64,000 nt of DNA, taken from NCBI RefSeq assembly GCF_036321535.1, contig NC_087437.1:106890001-106954000 (forward strand). The letters are read 5' to 3'. Positions 12,480 to 26,030 of this stretch are shown piece after piece. The stretch's first letter is position 1, and every line of letters begins with the position of its first letter. The DNA is from Camelus dromedarius (lineage: Eukaryota). A program made the position numbers and the translations under genes. The notes under the pieces were generated by a model, which made no database searches, was not told the DNA's origin, and worked only from the letters and a program-made list of their open reading frames with translations.

Positions 12480-15400
12480 CTCCTCTGGGTACAACTTCAC
12501 CACAGACAACAACTATGAATTCTTGACGAAATATAACAAAAACAACTCCCTGAAGTCACTGGAGAGAAACAAAAAGCAGGCATAAACTGGAAGAGAGTTA
12601 AAACGTGCAAGAAGGAAATGGGATTGGGTGTTTCCTGTTGATAAGGCGTTTTGTTCAAGGGCATGCCCCAGACAGACGAAACAAACTAGCTCAACTCTTG
12701 TACAGAAACCCGTTTTTCAGTTTTAAGTGTACTGGTTTTGAGAACCAGAAGGCAGAGTTTAGGACTATCAAAGTAGATGGAAAGTGAGCGGGCAAGGCGA
12801 TGTTAAATTTTTCATATAAATTGTGGGAGAATCTCAGGATCATCTCTGAACTATGCATGCAGGAGGCAAACTCCCAGCGGCCACCTAAAATTATCAAAAC
12901 TTGGAGAAATAACAGAGCCCAGTTTCTACCATGTGTTTTTCGCAATGTCCCCAGGATACATCCCAGATTACTGGATACAGAGTCAAGAGGAAAGAAAGGC
13001 AATTAAAGAAACTGATTCTGAGATGACCCAGATGCTAGAATTAGCTAACAAGAATTTCAGTGTAGCGATTATAACTATGCCCAAAAATACAAAGGAAAAT
13101 ATGCTCATAATGAATGGATAAACAAAATCACAGCAGAGAGATAATAATTATAAAAAAGAACCAAATGAAAATTCTAGAAATAAAAACCCCACAATATCCA
13201 AAACAAAAAATTCATTGGATGAGCTTAACAGCATATTGCAAATGAAGAAAGAGTCAGTGACTTGACGATAACTCAGCTGAAGTTATACAATGCAGATAAC
13301 AGAGATAAAAAGAAATTAAGAAAAAAATAACAGATTCTCAGTGATTTGTGGGGTCATATCAAAAGGTCAGGTGCATATGGAATTTTAGAATACAAGAGAC
13401 AGAACTGGATAAATGCAACATTTGAAGAAAAAATAAGCAAATGTTTCCAAAATTTTACAGAGTCAAAAAGTTCAGAGAATCCTACATAGTATAAATAGAA
13501 AAAAAAATGGAAATGTGGAAAACAAAAGATGAAGAGAATCTTGAAAGTATCCAGAGGAAAAAAGACACATTACATATACATGAACAGAAACACAAGTTAC
13601 CAGTGACATCTCAGCAGAAACGTTGGAGGCCAGAATACAGTGAAATGACATCTTTAAAGTACCAGATGAAAACAACAAACTGTCATCCCAGAATTCTCTC
13701 TGGAGCAAAAATAACATTGAGCAATAAAGGTGAAATAAAGGCATTTTCAGATGAACAAACACAAAGATAATTCTCCAGCAGGCCTTCCTTTCAAGAAAAG
13801 CTAAAGCAAGTTATTTAAGTCAAAGGGAAATGATTCCAGGTAAAAATTTTGACTTTAATTTCTTTAAAATGGTTATGACTGTTTAAAGTGAAAATGATGC
13901 ATGCATAGCATCTTATGTAATAAACATGAAAATCATAGCATAAATTCACAGGACTGTAACACCTACAAGTTGCATGTAAATCTCAAAAGATTGCAAAGAT
14001 TTCACATTAATAATTACATTATATTTATTTCTTTGGAATTTACTACAACATTAAATTCCAGCAGACTGAAAATTAAGGATGAGCATTGTAATCTGTAGAA
14101 CACCACTAAAATAATGATACAAAGAGGTAAGTGACAAGCCAATAAAACCTAATTCTAAAAATAATTTCAATGAACTCAAAATGATAGAAGAGGGACAGAG
14201 GAACACACAAAATAACAGACCTAAATCCAACCACATCAATACTTACAGTAAATGGAAATTAAATACTCAATGAATAGACAAGAATTGTCGGAGAAGCTTA
14301 AAAAGCATGAATTGTAATGCTGTCTACATGAGAGAACATTTTAAGTAGAAAAATTCAGTTAGATGCACTCTTAATTCAAAGCCTCACTTAAAGGCTAGGA
14401 AGAAGAAATATATATTTTTTCATAATGTTAAAAGGTTAATTAATCAGGAAGACTGAACATTCAGAAATGCATTTGCACTAAGAACAAAAAGAGTTTCAAA
14501 ATCCAGGAGGCAAAAATTGGTAGAATTAAAGGGAGGAAGAGACAAATTCACAATTATGGTTGGAATTTTAACAAACTCTCATGGCAATTATTGGAATAAT
14601 TACATAAAAAGCCAGTAAGTACAGACCCCCTGAACAGCAGTGTCAACCATCTTGACTAACTGACACTTACAGAACACTACACCTAACGAGTGCAGAAGGT
14701 ACATTCTTTCCAAGTGCACACGTACATCCACCAAGACAGGCCATACGCTGGGCCAAACACAAATCTCATTAAAGTCCAAAAGCTGAAATATTCCAGAGTA
14801 TGATCTCCGACCAAAGCAGAACTAAATTAGAAATCAATAACAATATGTTGAGTAAAACTCCAAGTATCTGGAATTTAAGAAACACACTTTTAAACTGATG
14901 AATCAAAAAAGAAATCATAAATGAAATCAGAACACATTTTCATGTCAATGGTTCTGAAAGTTCATAGCAACATTTGTGGGATGTAACTCTACAATGCTTA
15001 GAGGAAAACATATCTTTAAATGATTATATTAGAGAAGAAGTAACATCTAACATTAAATGATCGAAGCTTCCATCTTAAGAAGCAAGGAGAAGAAGAGCAC
15101 TGCAAACATGAAATAAAGAAGGGGATTTGTTTATCATTTCTAGGAGTTTTTGTGTGGAGTCTTTAGGGTTTTCTATATATAGTATCATGTCATCTACATA
15201 TTGTGACAATTTTACCTCTTCCCTTCCAATTTGGGACTCTTTTATTTCTTTTTTTTTGTCTGATGGCCATGGCTAGGACTTCAATACTATGCTAAATAGA
15301 AGTGGTGAGAGAGGGCATCCTTAACTTGTTCCAGATTTTAGTAGGAAGGCTGTCAGCTTTTCACCATTGAGGATTATGTTGGCTGTGGGTTTCTCATAAA

Positions 15401-16105
15401 TAGCTTTCATTATGTTGAGATATGTTTCCTTTAGACCCACTTTAGTAAGAGTTTTTGTCATGAATAGATGTTGGATTTTATCAAATGCTTCTGCATCTAT
15501 TGAGATGATCATGTGGTTTTTGTCCTTTCTTTTGTTAATGTGGTGTATCACATTGATTTGCGTATGTTGAACCATCTTTGTGACCCTGGGATGAATCCAC
15601 CTTGATTGTACTATGTGATCTTTTATATATACATATATAAATATACACAATGGAATACTACTCAGCCATAAAAAAGAATGAGATAATGCCATTTGCAGCA
15701 ACATGGATGGACCCAGAGATTATCATACTAAGTGAAGTAAGTCAGACAGAAAAAGACAAATATCATATGATATCACTTATATGTGGAATCTAAAAAATGA
15801 TACAAATGAACTTATTCACAAAACACAAACAGATTCACAAACTTAGAAAACAAACTTATAGTTACCAAAGAAGAAAAGGAGAAGGGGGAAGGGATAAATT
15901 ATGAATTTGGGATTAACGGTCCCAAACTACTATATACAAAATAGATAAAGAACAAAGTCCTACTATATAGCACAGGGAACTATGTTCAATATCTTACAAT
16001 AACCTATAAAGAAAAAGAATATGAAAAATATATATACATATAACTGAGTCACTATGCTGTATACCAGAAACTAACACAACATTGTAAATCAGTTATACCT
16101 CAATA

Positions 16106-16152
<47 letters not shown>

Positions 16153-17400
16153 ATGGAAAGAATAAAGAGGAGATATCAGTGAGTTAGAAAACAAACAATG
16201 GAGAACATCAACAAAGCCCAAATTTGCTTCTGTGAAAATATTAATAAAATTGAGAAACCTCTAGAAAAGACAGACTGAAAAAGAAAGGAAGAAAGAAAGA
16301 AAGGAAGAACAATACAAATTAGCCATACTGGGAATAAAAGAGGCTTTATCACTGCAGATCCTAGAGATATGAAAAGATAATAAGGGGATATTATGAGCTT
16401 AATAAAATTGTTTGAAGACTTAGGTGAAATGAAAAAAAAATTGAAAAAGACATAAGTGGGAATAGAAAATCTAAACAGTTCTGTACCTATAAAAATTAAA
16501 ATTAAAATCATTATTAAAAATATTTCCTCAAATAGAACTCCAGACCCAGATGGCTTCACTGATGAATTCTATCCAGCCTTTAAAGAAGTAATAAATCGAT
16601 CTTACATAAATTCTTTCAGAAAAGAGAGGAAGGAAGAGCACTTCCTTGGCTGTTGTATGAGGTCAGTGTAACTCTAAGAGCAGAACTGAAAACATTTACA
16701 AGGAAATCAACTTACAGCCCAAGATCCCTCATGAACATAGATGCAAAAGTCCAAAACAAAAATCTTAACAAATTAAATTCAGAAATATATTTTAAAAAAT
16801 TAAACATGACTAAGTAGGGATTCTATCAGGACTGCAAAGGTGGTTTAAAATTTGAAAATCAATCAATATAGTTCACATTACAAAAAAACTAAGCATATGA
16901 TCATTTCAACAGACATAAACAAAGTATTTGATGAAATTCAAACCCTAATCATTAGGAACAAAAGAGAATTTCCTCAATCTGACAAAGAAGATCAATGAAA
17001 ACAACTGCATTTGTCAATATTTAAAGGAACACTTTTACCTCTAAGTTCCAGAACAGGGCAAAGATGTCTCCTCTAATAATTTATATTCAATATTTCCAGG
17101 GCAATTAAAGTAAGAAAAAGAAATAAAAGGCATACAGATCAGAAAGGAATAAGCATAACTCTACTGCAGACGACAATTTTTTACATAGAAAATCTAACTA
17201 ATGTACAAAATAATTTCTAGAAGCACTAAGTGAATTCAGCAAGATTGTATAAGGATTTATACACAAACACCAATTATATTTTTATGTTCCAGGAGCAAAC
17301 AGAGAACAAAATTAAAAACAATTCTTACGTATCTGAGCGTTAAAAACAAATGACTGTTTAGGAATACATTTAACAGAGGCAAGGACTGAAACATATTTAT
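12480..17400 (+). mobile_element. Old, degenerate L1 (5' region, ORF1, ORF2 EN/RT) split by a younger L1
   Basis: ORF1-like fragments (ETDSEMTQMLELANK; CHPRIL), ORF2-like RTPDPDGFTDEFY, A-rich sense strand, many stops. Confidence 0.85.
15127..16155. mobile_element. Younger nested L1: inverted ORF2-RT segment (-, about 15127-15624) joined to a sense 3' end with (AAAT)n tail (+, about 15625-16155)
   Basis: Minus strand gives [16 protein letters not shown]...[15 protein letters not shown]; plus strand gives [13 protein letters not shown], 3' UTR and tail. Confidence 0.88.
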
Positions 17401-17489
17401 CTTTATTTCCACCACAATTATATTAGCAGAGGTCCTGACAAACAACACATTTAATAAAATTTGTTGAAAAATGAAAGAACGTCTGTCTG

Positions 17490-17830
17490 CTAGAACAGAG
17501 ATTTAAATGAACGACTTGAAAGATGAGAAGTCGTTTTTTCCCTCATCTATCTGTCATGGCATAAGTCCATCAGAGCTCAAAGGATGGTACCGCATGCTGG
17601 GGACCTAGACTTTGCATTCCAGCCAGGGGTTTATGTACTGAAGGTGTGTTATCACCTCTGCTCAAAGATCACTGGCTGTAAGCCAGTCACGTGGTCACAC
17701 AGCTTCAAGGAAGGCTGCAAAACGTCTTGTTTATCCTGGACAGATACTGCGTTCTATGCAAAAATTGTATTATTATAGAAAAAGAGGGATTGGATATTAG
17801 AAGACAGCTAGTGGTTTTTGGCGCACCAGT
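17490..17830 (-). mobile_element. Old MLT1-type LTR fragment
   Basis: agtcacgtggtcacacagcttcaaggaaggctg...ggattggatattagaagacagctag. Confidence 0.5.
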
Positions 17831-19404
17831 CCCACCCTGGCAGATACAGTCAACAATAATTTTAATTATAATATTTTACTGTTCTTAAAACTAAAATATT
17901 TTGAAATCATCAGTTAAGTTTAGAGCTCACCTCTACCAATGCACCCACTAGGACACGGGAAAGTTCTCCTTAGCTGCTGTTTTTATTTTACTGAATTATG
18001 TGCAAATTATCACTTTTAATCATCGACATCCTAAAATATGTGCTTATGAGGCCCACTGCTAAATGCAGGGCGCTGAGAAAACTCAAAACCTACTGACCAG
18101 GATTTATGAATTACACGTCAAAACAGAAATCACAGAGTAAGATGTATGCCTGATCAAATTATAGATTTTAGCATACTGACTCATAAATCAGTCACTTGAA
18201 TCCTAAGGGCAATAAAAGGACCTATAAATCAAAACTTATTTAGGATTTATTAGCCGAATGTCTATCATAACAATGCAATGTTTATAAATCTCCTTTCTGA
18301 CTTATAAAACTAAATTCTATAAACTCTATGTAGTCATGGTCCATCTCTAATGACACTTTGATGGGTATACATTGTGATACACCCTGGTGATGCCTAAGAT
18401 ACACTGATCAATGGTAATGTCAGAGGAAAAGATAATGTTATTAAAATTGCTTAACATTTAAATGAAATTTAAAGGTTAACTTCATAATTAAAACACAACA
18501 TCTATCTATGTTTTTTTAATATCATGAAGATCTGAATATGGGTTTAAATATTTAGAACTTAAATTATACTTTATAAAATGACATGAATAAAAGTAATTTG
18601 GCTAAAAGCCAAAACTATTTCAGAACAGGTTAAATGTTTCAGAGCACATTAAATGACAAAATTTCTCTACTATAACTCCTGGTCTGTGTTTAGTTACTAA
18701 TTTGGCAAATAATTTTATGTTAAAATTACATAATCTGTTTTATTACATATGTAAGATATTCATGCTATTTTGAAATATTTTATTTTTGAAGTTCTATTTT
18801 CTCATTTATCACATGCTGTTTAAAGTCTCTGGTGAAGTGGATTTGGTCAAAATATTCACATGGCTGACTTCCCTGTTTAGTTCTTTGCTCAAATATCACC
18901 TCTTCAGGCCCCTTATCTGCTCACCCTTTACCATCCAGTTTAAAGCAGCACTCACATCACTCTCTTTCCTTTAAGCAGCTTATTTCTTTATTTACTTTCA
19001 TAGAAAGATACTAATAAACAACTATCAGTTTAATTCCAGGGTGGGAAAGTTAATGAGTGACAGCTCAGGCAAACAGCTGCCCTATGAAGTTTCTACTTTC
19101 TAGTTAACATGATACTTCTAACAAAATTAAAGATGGTTTATCTTGTTCAATTCTCAAGAATGAAAGATTAAACAGATCATTTAAATTGATTTAAATAAGC
19201 ACATAAATAAGGTGTTTTCTCAAGTGGGACGTGGACCTCTCTACCTTGGGATATCAAAGATTTGTAAAACAGAACAGAGCAGGAAGAAATGATTTGTAAC
19301 TTTGAAAGTAAAATGCAAGTTCAGTAAACATATCAAGAAAACTATGATCTGCTAAGTTTTTGACTTCAGAAGAAGTTGGGGTAATATTTCCGTGGGCTTT
19401 AATT

Positions 19405-20173
19405 AACAAATGTTGGCGAGGATGTGGAGAAAAGGGAATATTTGTACACTGCTGGTGGGAATACAAATTAGTGCAACCACTGTGGAAAATAGTATGGAAG
19501 TCCCTCGAAGGAGTAAAAATAGAAATACCAAAGGATCCAGCAATTCCATTCCTGAGTATATGTACAAAGAAAATGAAACCACTAATTCGAAAAGATAGAT
19601 GCACTCAATGCTCATAGCAGCATTATTTACAATTGCCTATATTTGGAAGCAACCTAAGTGTTCCTTAACAGATGAATGGATAAAGATGTGGTATATATAA
19701 GCAATGGAATACTATACTCAGCCATAAAAAAGAATTTTGCCATTTGCAACAACATAGATGGACATGGAAGGTATTATGCTTAGTGAAATAAGTCAGACAG
19801 AGAAAGACAAATACTGTATGTTATCACTTATATGGGGGATATACAAAATAAAGCAATTAAGTAAATATAACAAAACAGAAATAGACTCACAGATACAGAG
19901 AACAAACTAGTGGTTACCAGTGGGGAGAGGAAAGGGGAGAGGCCAGATAGGGGTAGAGAATTAAGAGATACAAACTACTATGTATAAAACAAATAAGCTA
20001 CAAGGGTATATTGTATAGCACAGAGAATATAGCCAATATCTTATAATAACTTTAAATATAATATAAATCTATAACAATTTTGAATCAGTATGTTGTACAC
20101 CTGAAACTAATATAATACTGTAAACAACTCGACCTCAATAAAATAAATAAGTAAACAAAACAAAACAACAAAA
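19405..20173 (+). mobile_element. 5'-truncated L1 (ORF2 C-terminus + 3' UTR) with 15-bp TSD
   Basis: [43 protein letters not shown] (19386-19400) / ATTTCTGTGGGCTTT (20174-20188). Confidence 0.92.
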
Positions 20174-20517
20174 ATTTCTGTGGGCTTTCATTCGCTTGAT
20201 ATTTTCTTTTAAAATGCAAAGTGGAGTGTTTTTAAAATATAAAATGGAATACAAATACAAAATCATACTTTAAAAATCTATTATTTAACAGATCTGGTTG
20301 AATATATCCCTCCCTCCTCATCCTAAGTTCCAATAATTGTAGTTATGAGGATAAAAATAGTAATAACAACAACAGATATTTCTGCTATAATCAGATGTAC
20401 ACATTCTTGCAAAAACCCCAAGTTCTACAATATCATGAATTAAAAATAATAGGGTTTATGGGAAAAAACAGATTAGAGACAGACCAGTTAAGATCTATGC
20501 AGCTTGTAAATCAAAGC

Positions 20518-21449
20518 CAGTGATGGATCAAGTGTTTCCTAGAGTCTAAAAGTTGTAAATTTTTGAGGAGCCTTTTTAAGGAAAATACATTAGATTAACT
20601 AACTGCCTGGCACAACTCTGCAGGGTAAATGCTTTACCACATTTTTTGGCTGCAGATTCTTTGAGCTTTTCTTCATATGGCAGTAGCTTTGCAACATCTT
20701 CTTCCAAACAGAGACAAGAAAGGTAATGCAGTCTTTCTTCTAGTGCAGGGATTAGAATTTGCTTTGGGCTATTCTTGGTGTAAAACATTTCTTAAGCCTC
20801 ACAACTTGTTGGTGATAATATTGTGTAAGTATTTAGGACTCATCAAATTTGAGACAACTTCCATTAGGTGTCTTTCACATATAAGTAATAAGACTGCATC
20901 TGGAAGAATTTTCCAGAGACTGTCTTCTTGCTCTCATATGTGAAATGTTGCTTCTCCACCACTACTCAGAAACTTCCATCCTGCACGGCTGTAAGACATA
21001 CTTCAATCCTGCGTTCATGTTGCCATGTGACCTCTGGCTTTGCACCTTCCTGTAACAACACTGGGTAAGTGGGTGCACTGGGCTGTTTGATCATGCTGGG
21101 GAACCATTCCTGTGGTGGAATGACTTGCAATAATTTAATGACACACAGAAGTGACTAAGAATCGCCTAAATATATACTAAACTTAGACTAAGTGCTCCCA
21201 CAATTCCACTTCTGCCAAGCTGGAACCCAAAATGGTGCAGCCATTCCAAAGCCCCTGAGGGAGAAGAAATTGAAGGGGAAAGAAACTGAGGTCTTAAAAG
21301 AGACAGTCAAAATATTGTACTTTGCAAGAGTTACAAAAAGGCAGGACCACGTGAATGCACCCCTATGGATGCAGCGTAGCATAGAGGTCCATGCAGGCTA
21401 GGGGCACTGAAGAGAAAGCTTCATTAATGTCACAATAGATTCTGCTGTG
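20518..21449 (-). mobile_element. Zaphod/MER115-like hAT-Tip100 DNA transposon remnant with transposase C-terminal fragment
   Basis: Minus-strand LEERLHYLSCLCLEEDVAKLLPYEE..AAKKC resembles the end of a hAT dimerisation domain; termini resemble recalled Zaphod/MER115 ends. Confidence 0.65.
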
Positions 21450-22361
21450 CTTAGAGCACTCCAGCAAGGATAATGGATGGACACTCAGGAAATAACTTGG
21501 CCAGCTCGGGAGGAAGCTCACTGTGGCCTGAGGCTGCCTCAGAGGATATTAAAAAGGCACAAAAACAATCTAATGGAAATGCCAGTTTCCCAGCACTGAG
21601 ACAATGCAGATGGAGGTGTGATCGGCCAGAAGTCAAGAGATGAGTAAGGCTGAGGGTGCATTTTCTTGGTTAGGGAGCCCCAGGTGTGAACACTCACTTT
21701 TATTTTTCTTAAAATAGGACAAGAAAGGAGCCTTCAAGCCTGTGCAGCATTTAAACTAAGGGTCTTGCTCTTTTCGGCTGAAGACTGTAATTCTGTTTCC
21801 ACTGTTCTGACTCCCTTTGCCAAGGAAAAAAATCATGTTTGAACCAACATAGCTTCCCTGGTACACTAATACCATTCCCTGATGTACCTGTCACACACAA
21901 GATAATTGATGTGATAGAAGCAGCCATTGGAGAAAAACAGATGGTAGCTAGTAATTCCTGAGTACCAGCTACTGTTCTAAGTGGTTCGTAAGTATTAATG
22001 AATTTATTACTTGTAGCCGCCTATGGGACAGATTCTAATGTTATCGCCATTTTACAATCCTATTTTTGGTAGTGGTAAAAGCTTTGTAAATTTGGCTGTC
22101 CGTAGGCTTACTGAGAAATCACTGGTCTCCCCCTATATTCAATTACTTTGAGCAAACATAAGTAAATCTTTATAAGATTTTATTTTCAATACTGAATATA
22201 TTCACCATAGTAATTTGAAAATAACCCTTTATGTAAATTTATGTATGTGAGAAAAAGCTATAGTTCATGAAATCGCAGTTTGATTATATGTCTTAATTTG
22301 ATTACAAAACAGGATAATAAGGGTCCAAAAGAAATTGTTTTTTTGGTATGATTTACTTAGA

Positions 22362-22545
22362 TCAGTGCATTCCAAAGGCTATTTGTTCCAGAATTTCCTA
22401 GTGGGAGGTGATTAATAAAAATATAGGTATACCACCCCTATTTTGGACCTACTGAATCTGAATTTCTAGATGAGGTTCCAAGAAAACTTATTTTTAGCAA
22501 GCACTCCTAGGTGATTATGATAAATACTAAAGTTTGGGAATCCTA
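22362..22545. mobile_element. MER5-type hAT-Charlie element
   Basis: gacctactgaatctgaa...tttttagcaagcactcctaggtgatt...aagtttgggaa. Confidence 0.65.
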
Positions 22546-23619
22546 AATTTAAAGTAATTTAAATGCTGTGAAATCTCTACTTTCCACTGAACAGACATAA
22601 TTAATATCTGGTGTTTACAATTGCAAGACATTTAAAACCTTTAATGATTTAAGAAATGAAAATAGGTTTTTGTTTCTTGTATGCTAATATAAGTTTAAAA
22701 GTGTTATTTGAAACAAATGATGCAGTACAGGGAGGAAAAAAAGCTACAAGATTTTGCAGATCTTTCAATCAGACCATCGATTAATTAAGACACCTGGGAG
22801 GTTAGTCTTCTTAATAGCATAATCTGAACAGAACAGATTTTACTGGTTTTGGATAAATCGTTTCAAGATAAGCTCCTTTCCCTTATGAAGTACTTCCTTC
22901 CTGCACCAGAAAGAAATGACTTTTGGGGTCTTGCAGCTCTGTGTAAGCTCTCCCTTCTCATAAATATTTAGATTAGAAGAAAAAAGCCAGGATCATCCTT
23001 TTCAAGAGTTTAATGAATTTTTAAAAATGTATGAACATAGTTGGGAAAGCCTGCCAATGATTACAAGGTCTTGGTTTTAATATCACGTTCTTTTCCCTTT
23101 CCAAATTCTCTTCTACATTTCATGAAACAATATATTTCTCTTAATAAAGCTAAGTTGAAATGAACTATTTTAGTCATTTTTCATCACAAAATTTAATTAT
23201 CGACACAGTTTTCTGTTGCTTATGTCTTTGGTTTTATTCTTTGTCACCTACAGGGCACACTCCTCATCCAAGAAGCTAAGTTAATATTGTTCCCATCACC
23301 GCAGTGGCTTTTTGGTGCTTACGTGTGGGCCATCCTTGAAGATCTCATTTCCTAGTTGATGCATTTACACATAAAAATGCCAGGGATTGTCAAGTTTTAG
23401 ACTGATTCAGAGTTAGAATAAAGTAAATCTAAGCTTCCATGCAACTATCTGCAATTCACTGACATGACTCATAATTGAAAAAGAAAAAGAAAGGGAAAAT
23501 GTAAATCATTTCATTTAACCCTGCATGTAAGTCAACATACATATATTGTTCTTTTTCCCCTGTAAGGTGAGTTTCAACAAACAAAATCAGCCTCTTTATT
23601 TGCTGTTTATAAAAACTAA

Positions 23620-26030
23620 ACATCAAAATTATGAACCTCTCCTTTTGACTGTTATGTCTTCTGGGTTGATTGACCCTTCTCTGATTATGCAGCATGACCC
23701 TTTATCTCTGGTAATGTTCTCTGTTCTGGACTTTTATATTAATCCAGTCCTTTCTTTTGGTTAATGTTTGCATGGTAAGTCTTTTTCCAACTTTTGTTTT
23801 TTATTTTTCCCTTTTATTGTCTTGATACATCATATCATCCCACCTTCCAGCTTTGTTGACTTATAACTGACGATTAAAATTTGTTTACCTTTGAAATGTA
23901 CAACTTGGTGATTTTACATCTATATAGTGAAATAACAACCACAATCAAAGTAATTAACATATCCAACACCTCGCACACTTCTTCTTGTGTGTGTGTCTGT
24001 GTGTGTATATGAGTGTAGGCGTGTGTTAAGAAAGCTTAAGATCTACCCTCTTAGTAGATTTCAGTTACACAATATGGTCTTGCCAACTACAGTCACATTG
24101 GCAGACACTAGCTCTCCAGAGTTTATTCATCTTGCCTAACTGAAACTCTGTCCCCTTTGACCAACCCCATTTTTCCCTGCTTCTATAGCTTTAACCTACT
24201 TATATCATTGCAGTTGAAGTGAGTTTCAGGTAGACAGGATAAATTTCTGTCAGTTAAAAAAAATCCATTCTCTGTCTTTCAATTAGTGTTGCTTTGACCA
24301 TTAATGTAATTATTGATTTGTCTGGATTGAGGTCCATCATTTAATTTGATTTGTTTGTCTTCTCTGTTTTGCATTCCTTTGATTCATTCCCTTTTCCCGT
24401 CTCCTTTTGATGATAGGCACACGTCAGAGATAGTGTGGGTTTGATGCCAGACTACCACAATAATGTGAATATCACAATGGAACAGATATGAAAATTTCAG
24501 TTTCCCAGTGCATATTAAAGTCATGTTTGCACTATACTGTAGTCTATTAAGTGTACAAAAATGAAAAATATTGCTCAAAAATGCTAACCATAATCTGAGC
24601 TCTCAGCAAGTCGTACTGGTAACATCAAAGATCACTGATCACAGATCACAGATCACCATAACAAATGTAATAATAATGAAAAGGTTTGAAATATTGAAAT
24701 ACATTAAATATTGAGAGAATGATACAGAGACATGAAGTAAGCAAATGTGTTAGGAAATGCTGTTCAGATTGGATATTTTTTTCTGTTTCTTTTTTCCTAA
24801 TTTGGTCTTCTCATGGATTTCAAATAGAATTTGCCCTTATTTGTTGGGCCATTTTCATAAAAGCTACTTTTGAGTCTGGTCAGATAACTCCAGCATCTCT
24901 TTTGCTTGATGATTGTGTCTTCCTTTGTGAGTCAAGATTTCCTTGGTTCATTGTATGCTGGGTAATTTTGGACTGTATTCTGAACTTTTTGAATATTAAG
25001 TTATGAGACTCTGGGATTTAAGTCTATGGGGAATTTTGATATTTTAGTTTTAGCTGGCAATCAACCAGGTTCAATTTAGACTACAAATTCTAATCAGACT
25101 TCCGTGGGTTGTGGTTTCAATGTAAGTTCCATTTTCAAAGCCTCTGTAGTCATGTTTGGCTCTGTCCCATGTGTGCATGACCCAGCTGCCAATCTAAGAC
25201 TTGGGCGGTTATAAAAAAACCCTGTATTCAACTCTTAAGGTCTATGGTATACTGTTCAGGGTCAGATCCATGCATGTGCACCCTGAGATGAGGCCAGGAG
25301 TTCACAAGCAACTTTAGGGGTCACTTTCTTAAGTTATTCTATCTTGACAAACTATCTCCCTAATACTGTCTGGTTCCCTGAGGCAATCCTTTGTGGCTCT
25401 CTGGTCTGAAAGATGGTCTTTATTTACTCTGCCTTTTGCATACTTCCACAAATGGGCTTATATCCAGGCTTGAACAGGAGGAGGACAAAGATGCAAAAAA
25501 AGAAAAAAAAGCAATGGGGAGTACCCTCATCCTCCCAGTATTACATCAGTCTGATCAGAAAGGAAGGTTCCCTGTTCTCAGGGTTTTAGGCTCCCGTTGG
25601 GTAATGTCGCTGCCATGGTCACCCCCACGGATGCAGCAGTCAAAATATCACTTAGGAGCCGCACAAGAGAACAAAGGAAAAGCATTGGGCTACTTCCCCC
25701 ACTGTCTTTGAGCACAAAGAGACCCGCCTCAAGGAGCCAAAACTAGAGAGATCCTCCTGTATCGCTCTTTGTCCACGTCCCACTGTCTACTTATGCGTTA
25801 GGGGCTATTTTTAGTCCAGAGTGGAGTAAACAGAGGAAATGAAACCAATAAACTCAAAGCGTGTTAGGCAGTACTCTGCATTTCGGTCTCGCTCCTTAAT
25901 CAACTTAACTACTGTTGCTTCCGTGTACTTGAAATAGCCGTTACATGCGAACCACCCAAATTCTGAAGCTGCCTTTGGTGGGAGGCAAAGAGTGAGGTGT
26001 GCTCTCTCTGTCTTACCCAGAACTGGAGCC
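23620..26030 (-). mobile_element. Old L1 5'/ORF1 region with a nested L1MA-type 3' end (about 23845-24180) and a Tigger1 derivative
   Basis: Antisense L1 motifs (ttggttaatgtttgcatgg; aagatctaccctcttag...cctaactgaaactctgtcccctttgacca). Confidence 0.6.
24413..24762 (-). mobile_element. Internally deleted Tigger1 (TcMar) derivative
   Basis: tttcccagtgcatattaaagtcatgtttgcactatactgtagtctattaagtg and gatcactgatcacagatcaccataaca come from opposite ends of Tigger1. Confidence 0.8.

Noticed and set aside
16107..16154. (AAAT)n array, and other short repeats, as CRISPR-like or functional arrays
   Set aside because: This is an L1 poly(A)-derived microsatellite; no repeat-spacer structure exists in the window.
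15321..16671. 127-aa ORFs and neighbours as genes
   Set aside because: They are L1 ORF2 fragments, antisense reads of L1, or a chimera across the inversion junction.
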